Assembly (NCBI GenBank): GCA_022813865.1 | Contig: JALDZX010000022.1 | Span: 186,001 to 250,000, forward strand | Reading direction: 5' to 3' | Length of the DNA stretch: 64,000 nucleotides | DNA from: Xylographa opegraphella | Taxonomy: Eukaryota | Shown: in pieces, positions 52,590 through 64,000 of the stretch | How positions within the stretch are numbered: the first letter of the stretch is position 1 | Layout of the letters: each line of letters starts with the position of its first letter | The notes under the pieces: model-generated | The model's database searches: none | What the model was told of the DNA's origin: nothing | Seen by the model: the letters and a program-made list of their open reading frames with translations, nothing else | Program-made: the position numbers and the translations under genes

Positions 52590-54530
52590 TTAATATCGAT
52601 GGCCTGATGGAAGTGGATGGACCAATCTCCAATGTCCACTGGAGTTTTGTCCCATAACCATCATAGCATTTGGTGTGATGGCTTTCGGTGCGGCCGCATC
52701 AACTGACTGACCTACCTTGGCACACCCATTGTCAGGACCATGGAGGATAGTATCCATGCTAGAAGATTTCCAAATGGGCAGCCCTTTGCGCATACTCAAA
52801 ATCATGGTAGTCACCAGCAATCCTATAGCCGGGGCGATCAACAACCCAGACAAAGCAAGCCAGGCCCAACGAATATGAACATGGACTATCAATGAGTACG
52901 CGGTACCTTGAGCCTGCGATTCGGCTCCGCTGTTGGCCGATTGGCGCAAATAGTTGGTCATCGATACTGCAAGGCCATCCATCAGGCTACCAATATCGGC
53001 CGTTACATTAAGAGCTTCCATGACATCGTTGACAAAGGTCCCGTAGGGGACTTCGGTGTTCTCGGTTTGAAACTGTCCCGAGAGCGTGTAGTTCATATAC
53101 TGAGACAGAGCAGCTACAGTTCCATTCTGGATCCAAAATGTTGAGTTCCCTGTGGTGACGGTAGAGTTTGAAGGCCTTTGCAGGATACCTTCAGTGGTAT
53201 CTTCAAGGCTGCTATATGGAATCGGGGTTCCTGTCTCGCTATGATATGTGGAGACTAGCTTAGTCGTGGCATTATTGTTGACGACACTGACGTTGTACGT
53301 ATTGAGGCAGTAATATAGGGCACACTCCCATGCCAAAGGCGTTGCGTTACGGTATGTGCCTTGGTAGCCCTCGGCATTTTCTCCTGGAAACTGGAGAATA
53401 GCGAGAGACGTGATAGGATTAGAGATTCCTAAGATGCTGCTGGATATGCTTTCGGAGACATCTACCGTAGAAACCATTGCTACACCACTGACAAAGTCGC
53501 CAGCAGATGTGCAAGAAGAAATCTCTACATTAGTGCTGCCAGGAAGAACATATGTATAATTTGTTTGAACATATACAAAAGAACTTCCACAGCCTTCATC
53601 AGCCGGGTTGTGCTCAATTGAAGTCGTAAGATCAATAACGTTGACACATCTACTACAGATAGCAAGCGTATCGAATAATGGGAATGTACAGTTTCCAGTC
53701 GCACAATCTGGCTTTACATCCGAGGGGCTTGCAGAAGTAAAGATGCCTTTGTATATTGCTGCTTTCATCCCAAATTCGGGTCCTATATTTATGCCCGAAT
53801 CCACTGTATTAAGCCCGTAAGGTTAGCTTTGTGCCAGGACGAGAACCTTTGACTTATCAGACTGACAATTTGGAATGTATATATGAGCATCGTACATTTG
53901 TGCTCTTGGTACTGTAGCATTACTCGTTGGTATAGGCAGCAGCGGGTAGGTTATGACCTGCTGTATAAAGGGATCCACAAGGAGCGCAAGCAGCGTAATG
54001 ACAGCCCCGACAGTTGCCGTGTGCAGCAAATGGCTTCTAATAATCATCTGAAATGCCCCATAAGGACCGCGGCTCGCATTATCGAACGCCTCAAAATCCT
54101 TCAACGCTCGAGGTATCTTGAACCACTGCCACTTAAGGTTCCCGAGACAAGTTGAGACCACTGCTAGCACGGGTGCCTTCGCTACAGTCGAGAGAAGTGA
54201 TACGATGGCATTAAGAGTGACTCCAGAGGGTAGCTCGGGTGGCGGTCTCGAGTCGAACTCGAGAAGAACAACAGCCATGGCGGCAGTTGCTGCGATGCTC
54301 AATGCAATGGTCAGGATTTCCCAAAACCACCAGCGGTAAACAAATCCCAGCGGGTGAAGATGCGATGGCTTATCTCCAATAGATTTTATTCCGTCAAGGA
54401 AGGGTTCCTGTATAGGGGAGTGCTCATCACGCTTATAACTTTTCCGTTGCTGACGATGGAACGCCTGTTCAATTGGACCCGGATTGATGTCGCGCAACTG
54501 ATAATCATTGCTATCGAGATATTCTTCCAT
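52590..54530 (-). CDS. DUF3176-type fungal membrane protein
   Basis: WWFWEILT, TLNAIVSLLST, LGNLKWQWF, DFEAFDNASRGPYGA, DPFIQQ, CATGNCTF, VHIRWAWL, PIWKSSS; one intron 53804-53866. Confidence 0.85.
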
Positions 54531-54898
54531 TGTAGCCGAAAGATTGCCGATCTCAAGGATAGTACTTAGATGAAAAGAATGAAGACAGTAATAACTCAGA
54601 GAAAGTAACGAAACCAGTAAAGCACTCGTTCGAGCAATTCATCCAAACTTGTTTCAGATACCTCACATCCATTGTCCTGTACCCTCGGGCATGGCCCGTT
54701 ATAAGAGCTTGACTATTTACCTGCTCTAGGGTAGCACAACCTATCTAATTATAGGGCGAAGTGGTCGAGCTGAAGCATGTAGCGTAGTAAACATTACCTT
54801 ACTAATGTCGCACGACGCCTACTGCACACCTTAGTGTACTGCACACCTTACCTACCTAAGTAAGGTAAGGTAAGGTACCTTAGTGGACACGTAAGGTA

Positions 54899-55322
54899 CT
54901 GTGGTTGCAGGGGTAAATAATGTTAGTACATGTTAGTGTCTTGGCGCACATTCGGGATGTCAACGCTGTTATTATTCTATCAGTTTATAATTTTAGGCGA
55001 TACTTCTAGATATATGTTCTATATTTTATAAAATATAATTATATAAACTGTTGAATTTAATCACTAGGCACAGGGGTTTTGGCAGTAGATAGCAGTGCAT
55101 TGCTTAATCACTAAGAAGGTGAAGAGTTCTCCTGAAGCGGAAGCTTCAGAAGACTCTTCGAGTCCTGTACTAAGCTAGTCCTAATTGGCTATAGTACAAG
55201 CCGACAACACAGGCTACTAAACCCCTGGGTTTTCAACACATTCAATATATTAACAGTGTTGATACTGTGTGTACATGCCAAGACACTAAAATGTACTAAC
55301 ATTATTTACCCCTGCAACGAAG
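54899..55322. mobile_element. Non-autonomous DNA transposon (MITE), Tc1/mariner-like
   Basis: 42-bp inverted repeats at 54904-54945 and 55277-55318 (one mismatch), TA at both outer ends (54897-98, 55323-24), AT-rich non-coding interior. Confidence 0.88.
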
Positions 55323-55660
55323 TAAGGATTTTGCAGGATTTTGCTAGACTAGAGTAGGACTAGACAGGAGGAGGACAGACTAGGTAGATAGACGATAATT
55401 ATACTAGACTAGAACTGCAGCAGCAATATAAGTCTGGGTGGGGAGTCAGATGAATAGCTCTGCTACTTAACGAACGACACTGGGAAGCCTGCCCGAGCAA
55501 AACACTGGGTTTTGGATGAATGACGTGAACCACAAGAGCTGTTCTACTTAGTACATATAAAGATCCAACCCCTAAAGATTTAATTTCATGCTTGTCTCAT
55601 TGGTAGTGACCGTGCACGCTCAACGTACCCACGAATACTCACTACCGATTGCGTGATAGC

Positions 55661-58600
55661 TCACAGCTTGGCTTTCGATGAGCCCATTAATTCCGCTCCC
55701 GCTCCGGCTATGCACAGCTTCCCCGTCTCTATGACCTTGGTCTGGAAGATCACCATGTTCTTTTCCTTCCACATCTCTGTCCTGAGCGTCTGCCCTGGAA
55801 TGACCGTCCCGGCGAACCGGACTTTGATGTTCTTGAAAGGTCCATACGTCTGGTATACATGCTTTCCGCTGATGCCGAAGAAGCAAAGTCCATGAAGGAT
55901 GGGTTCCTTGAAGCCGCCAACTTTGGAAAATTCGGGGTCGATATGAAGAGGATTACGGTCTCCGGACAGCCGGTAGAGAGCCGCTTGATCGCTGGAAGTT
56001 TTCTCCTCGACAATCGCATCGGGTTGGCGCTGAGGGGGATTGTGTACGGCCGTCGCCAGTCCGCGGTCGGTGCCTTTGCTGGGCCCGCCAAAGCCGCCGC
56101 TACCCCTGACGAAGACAGCAGATTCATTGTAGAATATTTCTTCACCAGTTTTGGCATCTTTGGTTACCGTCCCTGAGAATAAGACCGCTGCATTGCCCTT
56201 GTCCACGACCTCGATGAATTTTGGATGACTGATCAACGTAGCAGCCGTCGGGATGGGAAACTTTCGGATTTCCAGATATTGCTCGCCGTGAAGCAACATC
56301 ATGGGTGAGAAATTTGGCATAACATCGTCCATGTTGAATGGTGTAGAGGCACCAAATGGTGGAATGACACCAAAAGTAGGAAGAACTTGGAAGGAGTCCG
56401 AGTTCTCGTAGACGAGAGGAAGTTCCGTCCTTTTCGCACCAATACCGAGATTGTAGAGAATGACATCTCGGTCATCATACTTAAACTCAGTACCAGTTCC
56501 TTGCGCTTTTTTGGCGATCTCGATATTTCTCAGCACTTCCTGATTGACTTTGGTTTCCTTCTTTGTAGCTCCTCCCCTACGATTCTGCATGTTGTTCATG
56601 ATACTTTTAAGACCATCCTGAGGATCTTCAGGATGATCTGCTCTTCCGTCGTCAAAGTCGACAATTTTCTTCCACTGCTTCAGCACTGCTTCAGGGGTCA
56701 ATTTCACATCAACATAGAATCCATGGCCTCCACTTCGCTGCCATCTTGTTCGTGCTTGCCACCCACTACCCACTTCGAAAAGCCCTCCAGTAGCAGGCTG
56801 TGGAATACGGTCGGAACAAAGAGCAACAACCATTGGTGCTACTTGATCAGGCTTGAAAGCTTGGACCATTTCCTCGGGCATGATGGTACGAGTCATGTTC
56901 GTGCCTGCATTTGGTGCGATCGTGTTCACATAGATGTTATATTTTGCGCCCTCGCGAGCCAAAGCGCGTGAAAACCCGAGTATACCGAGTTTCTCAACAT
57001 AATCAGCATAATCAGATGGCCGAAAGATTTGAGAGACTTACCGCAGCAGCATAGTTTGCCTGTCCAAAGTTTCCGTAAATGCCACTAGTACTGGTTGTAT
57101 TCACAATGCGGCCATATTTCTGTTTGAGCATGTAAGGCCATGCTGCCTTGGTCACTTTATAGGTGCCTCGTAAATGCACTGCAATAACTTGGTCCCATAG
57201 CGCGTCATCCATATTCGCAAAGGCCTTATCTCGAAGGATACCGGCATTGTTGACGACGATATCAATTCGACCAAAAGCGTCAATGGCAGCTTTGACAACT
57301 GCGTCACCGTCTTCCGCTGAGGCCTTATTTCCAATGGCCTTCCCACCCAACTTCTGGATTTCCTGAACCACATCGTCTGGGTTCATGAGATCGTTGACCA
57401 CAACAGAGGCACCGTGTTTGGCAAAGAGGAGAGCATAGGTCCGGCCTAGCCTAGTAAGTTCAGTGGATGCCAACGCTACACAATCGGACAGCTTACCCAG
57501 CGCCACCGCCAGTAATCAGGGCTACCTTCCCTGAAAAATCTAAATTCTCACCAGTGTCGTTATCGCCAAGCTGTTGGGCTTGTTCCAGAAGGCTCATGAA
57601 GTCGGCCACGCCGCTAGGATGAGTTGGCTCTGAAAAATCATTCACACTTTTCCACTTTTTGATGACAGCTCCCGGGGTCAAAGTGGGGCCTGTCTTAAGT
57701 AGAGCACCCTTCGCTCGCTCCCATCTCAATTTCGCAATGTGACCTCCACCACATTCGAAGATGGATCCGGTTTCTTGCTTGTTAGAGGAATGGACAAGTA
57801 CGGCTACTAAAGGTACAACCCATTCCGGTTTCAGGCTCTCAAGGACATCAGGCGGCATTACGGTCTGGGTCATCCGGCTCGCGGCTGTCATAAAGCTTAG
57901 TGTGAGTGAGCCGAACGAGAGGGTAGACAGCGAGACCGCTTTCTTGATCCAGGCTTACCGATAGGGGCAATAACATTACAAAGAACGTTGTACTTGTATC
58001 CTTCCTTTGCTAAAGTCTCGGTGAAGCCGACCTGGGAAAGCTTGGCAGCTAATCCATTCAGTAGAGTATCTCATGCACCTAGGTCATCAACAAACCTGAA
58101 TAGTTGCACTGCCCGAAGCCTCCAAAAAGACCCGCAGCAGAGGAGGTATTGATAACTCTTCCATACTTTTGCTTGCGGAAGTAGGGCCAGGCCGCTCGTG
58201 TGCACTATATTCCATTATCAGATACTCAGCACCCAGCCAGTACTACCATATGGTAGGAGGTTGCTTAACAAACCTTGTAAGGCCCTTTCACGTGAACTTT
58301 GATGATCAGGTCCCAGTCCTCATCCTTCATGTTCTTGAAGCTTATGTCTCGAAGAATACCCGCGTTGTTGATCAATACATCGATCCTTCCGAACTCTTTG
58401 ATAGCGGTCTCGATGATTTTCTCACCATTTCCCACATCGTCGTAGTTGGCAACGGCTTTACCGCCAGCTGCTCGAATCTCATCGACGACAACATCGGCGG
58501 CCTATATGATCAAGGGTAAACATTAGCTTAAGAGCGTGATGCATTAGGGTTTGTAAGATGCACTCGCTCATCCCATACCTTTGAAGATTTTCCTTCTCCC

Positions 58601-58734
58601 TTGAAAGAGCCACCCAGGTCGTTCACGACAACATTGGCTCCTCTCAATCCAAAGAAGGTGGCATAAGCTTTCCCGAGCCCCCCACCGGCACCAGTCACAA
58701 CTACCGTCTGGCCATCGTAGCGGAGTTCTGTCAT
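55661..58734 (-). CDS. FOX2: Peroxisomal multifunctional beta-oxidation enzyme (hydratase-dehydrogenase)
   Basis: Two SDR domains ([24 protein letters not shown]), MaoC hydratase [14 protein letters not shown] and PILHGLC, C-terminal PTS1 AKL*. Confidence 0.98.
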
Positions 58735-58859
58735 GATAATCTACTATGGAGCTCTTTTGTGGATGTATCTGTGGGAATGATACTGCCTGAGGTGAGGTCC
58801 AAGAAGAAGAACACAGTTCGGAGGCAGATGGCATGACAGTGTTGCTTTGTCGGAGCATG

Positions 58860-58865
58860 CCTCGG
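58860..58865. promoter_or_regulatory. CCTCGG FarA/FarB core motif in the FOX2 promoter
   Basis: CCTCGG about 126 bp upstream of the FOX2 ATG, in a 468-bp divergent intergenic region. Confidence 0.55.
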
Positions 58866-59202
58866 TACTTTGGGGCACCCCTGCTAGACCCAACTTCCCC
58901 AGACTTCCTCCAGCATCACTTTCACATGCTCAGCATGAGATCAGCGAAACCTCAAAGCCGTTGTCGATAGGTGGCTTGTTTATGTCGAAATGCGCCTCGC
59001 TGCACGACGGTGCATTCACTCAGACCGTGATATTAGCGTCTCATTGTGCCTGAATAATCTATCTTCTGAGCTGTGAATGTGAATGTCACTTGAGGTACTC
59101 CGGTCCTCTGACTAGTCAATGAGGAGTTTGTAGGAGCGTGTCTGCTTACACATACCTTGTGTAGCAGCTTAAATTACAGATCGGAACATACGGTCTTTCA
59201 CC

Positions 59203-60478
59203 ATGTCGGAAGTGGTTGATGACAAGTCGAGATATTATATTCCGTTCATTATTGAGCGATTGAAGTTACATCAGCAGACAAATGCCGAGCAAGAAGATCC
59301 ACCCCTTTTTGTCATTGGAATGAATGGCGTCCAAGGGGCAGGTAAAACAACATTGGTTCGCAGAATCTCTCTTTGCTAGAATTGTTTGCTCGTTGAATTT
59401 GCATTTTGAGAAATGTTCCTTAGGAGTATTGAATGGGAATGGTCGAGTCTCAAATGTGACAAGGTTTATGATAACTTTTTGGCCACACTGACGAAGCCTT
59501 GTGCAGGTCGGCCATTACTGCCATACCGGCTTTGAATATCAGACTGATCATATCATGACTTGTAGGTGACCACACTGGCCGACACCCTCCGCTCTCCCCC
59601 CTACTGCCTTCCAACGGCTGTACTCTCCATTGACGACTTGTATCTTCTGCATGAATCACAGCAGCAGCTTGCCAAGACGCACCCTTTGAATCCCCTTGTA
59701 CAGCATCGTGGTGAGCCATCAACCCATGATATCACGCTTGGTATCTCCGTGCTTATGTCATTACGTGCCGGCAAACCCACCAAGATTCCGCAGTATGACA
59801 AAAGCAAGTTTGGTGGGCAGGGCGACCGAGTTGATGAGAAAGAGTGGGAGACCGTGAATAAGAATGATGACAAGAAGATCTGTGCTGTAGTATTCGAGGG
59901 TTGGTGCGTAGGGTTTCGAGCACTTGGAAAGGATGGTGTGCGGAGGAAGTGGGAGGAAGCCAAGGCTAAAGCGTCAAATAACAATTACGAAGGCCGACTG
60001 GCATATAATCGACTAGAAGATCTCGTGTTTGTGGATAAGGCTCTAATGCAGTATGATGCATTGACCGAGTATGTACGAGGGAGCTTAGGTACAATCTGTG
60101 TGCTGATATTAAGTAGCCAATTTGACGCAATGATCCACATGTATGACTTTGTCTTTGGAAGCCATCCTGTTAATGACTATTCTTAGAGATGCTGAAAATA
60201 CAAATTTTGTGTATGAGTGGCGTCTAGAACAAGAGGCTAGTCTTCGGTTGAAGAAGGGCGATGGTATGACCGACGAACAGGTACGGAGATTTGTGGATGG
60301 TTGTGAGTACACCAACTTTTGTCGGACGGGAGAAATAATGCTTACAGAAACAGACTATCCAGCTTACGAATTGTATACTGATCAGTTGCGAGCTGGGGTC
60401 TTTGGTCCGAATAGCGGCAAGCAACTGCGATTAATAGTTGGCAAGGATAGAAGGGTGAAGAATGCTATTCGAATATAG
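59203..60478 (+). CDS. TDA10: P-loop kinase, Tda10/D-glycerate 3-kinase-like
   Basis: IGMNGVQGAGKTTL, LSIDDLYL, NPLVQHRGEPSTHD, IPQYDKS, VVFEGWCVGF, VYEWRLEQE, GMTDEQVRRFVDG|YPAYE. Confidence 0.88.
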
Positions 60479-62082
60479 CTTTCAAGACCTCGCCATCTCT
60501 CACACTGATCTGACTAAGTGCCGTTGAAGTCGCGCCTATATTAGAGCGTTATAGAGGAGTGGTCCATTCGAATCACGTCGCGGGTTCAGAGGGGAGGTTG
60601 ATGTGTTTTCTCCATGTACTTCTTCATTCGACACATATACCTCATGTACGCACCGAGTTAAGGTAATTAGCTCTAGTACCTTGGTCATTTTTCAAGCTTA
60701 TGTCATTGCTCGTCTTCTTTTTCCATTCGTCCTTATAACTTGCGTTCTCCTTGGTACGACCGCTTGTCAAGAATATCAATGCGTGCCCTTGCAAATTTCC
60801 CACTTCACGGCTAATACCGCTGCCCAATTTGCCAAATGAACTATCTCGTGGAAACAACGACAATCTTGCTAGTAATCTTCAGAACCACTCAGGAAACCAG
60901 CAATTATCTTTCATCTTCCTTGGGCTTTCTGTCCTGCTCAGTCATACTGCTGGAATCGGCTTTCCGAGCTTGAGAGTCATTGTGACTAGAGTTACTGAAC
61001 ATTGTCACCGCAGTGATAGAGAATGTCGCTGCACTGATTTGACCTCTAGTTCTCCGCAAGATAAACAGTCTGGCACGGGCTATTAAACTGCAACAAATAG
61101 CAAAGCGCGAGATGACTTTGGCAGCTAAGTTTAAGGATGGCAAGATGTCAAATCATGATGGGCGAGTTCTATTTACTGGTTCATGGGAAGAACGATAGAC
61201 AATGACACGGGTATGGCAAATTAGAGATTTGCAGTAGACCCACGCTCTATGAGAATTGAAAATTCGTTGTACAAGCCACAGATTTCTTGCAAGACCTGTC
61301 TTGAGATTCCTCGATCCGATGTGTCTAGTATCTGGAGAGATATAGCGATATATTCATATGACTAGCGGGACTTTTTGGACCAGTTGAAGTGTAGTTTAAG
61401 CCCGGGTCAATACGTTTTATGGCTACTCTTGTACTGTTGATGATCCTGGTATGTTCGATGTGGCAAATTTCAATGTGGCAAATGTTGTTAGTGCTCAAAA
61501 TTTTACATGCTGACTGTATTGTACAGCACGCTACTTACGATACTCTGTAGAACTCTCAATCAACGACTTCCTGCTCATATCACATAATCTGTACTTCTTG
61601 TCCATTTTTAGGATGCATCTCACAGTGATATTCGGTCCCGGTGGGTTTTATTGGCCTATTGAACATGTTGCTGAGGTCCTCATAATGGAGGCATATGGAC
61701 GAGGCTCTTCAAGGCAAACAAGGCTGGTCGTAGTACAAACACTCACCACCGCGATTGGTGGCAGTGCTTACGGGCGGATGCCTGGCGTGGATTTCTAGCC
61801 AACGCGGTCAAACGTCGGTCGCCTCCGACCACGACCCTAGTTCTTTTGGAATACTTTTGTGGCAACCTTTAAGGTGCCGGTTCTCTTTATATGTTCATTC
61901 CGCCGTTTTCGAGACGGTGGCTCCATCACACTAGTTCTTCAGCTCGGTCTTCACCGAGGATGAGTGTTTGATTTAAGTCATATGGCTTTCCTACCCGATG
62001 TTAAGAATGATTTATAAATAGTGAAGGTCATCCAACCCTTTTCTGATTGGTCCACTTGAAAGCTATAGATGCACTACCGACC

Positions 62083-64000
62083 ATGGAAAGTACCGAAACC
62101 CCAGGACCCAGCACGATAGACGACTGGTTTACCACTGATTCATGCTGGGATTTGATATTAGATCCATGTACCTTTCCGCTGAGACGCGAAAACCATGTGG
62201 ACATAGCGACTTCGGGCCAGGAGTACAAGGTTTCTCTGGCGCTAGCCCTAAAGCCACCAGAAGCTAGCATATTAGATCGAGTACCACTACAGCCGTCCAC
62301 ATCAGCAGTCACACCAGTATCCAAGACTACCTGTGTCTCCGATGATGTTGAAGTCCAATCATACAAGGCTGGACAATTCAATCCCTACCTTGACCGGCCA
62401 TCTCAGGCTAGCCATGGTCAGGGCTATGGCTCTACGGCTCAACCACCGAAGGCACGACGTGGACGTCGCGACATGAAAAGTTCATCTCAAGATCACTGGG
62501 AGCAGTATCGATCCATAATAAAGCGTCTCTATCTCGACGAAGAGAAATGTCTTGAGGAAGTCATGCAGTATATGCGGGAGCAATTTGAGTTTTCGGAGAA
62601 GTATGGAATTGTCCTTCAGGTGCAATTTGCGGAAGGCTGAAGCAATTATTGTAGGAAACCAGCGTATAAAAGAATGCTGCGTCGATGGGGGATCAGCAAG
62701 AACGTTCCGGCCCCCGATATGGATATTATTGCCGCAAAGGCACGTAAGCGCAAAGCTGTTGAAGGGAAAGATACTCACTTCTATGTACATGAACGATTGC
62801 TCGATCCCTCCAAGCTTGTCAGATTTAATGGCCGCAAACCGGTAAAACACAAAGATAGCATTGCTGCTGGGGCTGGTTTGTGAAAGACAAACTATACTCA
62901 ATCTACTCCTCTGCTGATATATGACGCAGCAACGCCGCCATATGTTCGCTATGTCACGCCGCCTTTCAAGTCAAGCTCTCCGACTCAGCTTCTCAGCTCT
63001 TATGACACGAATAATAGCTTTTCGGATGATAGATCTTCCATGGCGCAGACCCCTCGGTCTTCCCATATGGTTGAGTCCATGGACCGGGAGTGCTTACAGG
63101 ATCCCGTGAACTATGAATTACCAATCCCGTCAATCGAGTTTCCAACACAGGATTTCGACATTGCCGTATGGGAATGTGCTTCTTACGATGAAACCGTCAC
63201 ACAATTATTACCAGATGGCCTCGACAAGAAAATATTGGAAAATTGTCTACCACCGCAAAATAAAGCTCATCAGCACATTTTACCACTGATCCCACGTTTG
63301 CCTTGTGGTATTTTCAAGCCGCCTATGCATTCAGAATCTGTCACTCAACAAGTGACAAACAGAACCATGCCAGGCGACGCAACTGTCCGTGATAAAGAGT
63401 CTACTGGAAATTTCAATAGCACTATACCCCAGACTTGCAGGGGATGGCCATCGACAGTGTGCTCGGAGGAGATTTTAACACAAAGGCAAAAAGAATCCAT
63501 GTTGTCTACAGTAGCAGCGCTTGAGAATGTCAAAGATATGATTTTGTATCATTACGGACCGGAAAACGAAATTTTTCTCCAGCAAAGTCTGGGACTCGGA
63601 TTACTATACCAGAAGCTATCGATACCATTGAAATGCGATAAAGTAATAGCAGATTTAGGCACCGGATACGGAAAATTTTGTTTACCAGTGGACAGCCTAC
63701 AGTGGACAGAAGATGACTGGGGCAATTCCAGGCTACCATTCTCAGAATACACCTGTTGTGCAGAGCCCATCCTTGAGCACTGTACCTGTGACCAGCTAAG
63801 AGAAATGGCAAGGCAAAACCGGGCTCGGATGTTACAGCGAGCCTTCGTATCCTTGCAGTCTCGAGCCATTGCTTGCTACCTTTCTTCCGGAAGAATTGGC
63901 CAAGCTGTGGATAGCCTGCTGGATCTTGAGGACATGTTCGATACGCTTGCCATGGATGCATACCTTCAGTCCATTTTTGAATTACTGGAGACTTATTCGG
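62083..64000 (+). CDS. Clr5-domain protein, 3' end outside the window
   Basis: DHWEQYRSIIKRLYLDEEKCLEEVMQYMREQFEFSE|KKPAYKRMLRRWGISKN. The third exon, from about 62930, stays open to the window end. Confidence 0.82.

Overview
Intron-rich eukaryotic DNA from a filamentous ascomycete (Pezizomycotina), with short GT-AG introns and CTRAY branch points. I can support about 21 protein-coding genes. Conserved ones: EMC4, AP-2 beta adaptin, TRI12-type MFS pump, UFE1, AFG1, a small DRBM-like protein, AAT2, MCD4, FarA/CTF1-alpha, BEM1, THP3, VPS36, an SMP-30 lactonase, FOX2 and a TDA10-like kinase. Others: a 118-aa Zn2Cys6 mini-protein missed by the ORF track, a secreted toxin-like protein, a DUF3176-type protein, a Clr5-domain protein and two hypothetical proteins. 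There is also an F-box/LRR pseudogene, a 424-bp Tc1/mariner-type MITE, simple repeats and two N gaps. The most unusual feature is at 1-1460: a degenerate ~150-bp tandem array that, on the minus strand, reads largely as back-to-back intron signals separated by micro- or zero-length exons, divergent from the mini Zn2Cys6 gene across a shared TATA region. A second theme is a possible fatty-acid/peroxisome mini-regulon: FarA, FOX2 and an AAT2 with a PTS2-like N-extension, with CCTCGG sites near each. All gene models and family assignments were made by eye, without database searches.
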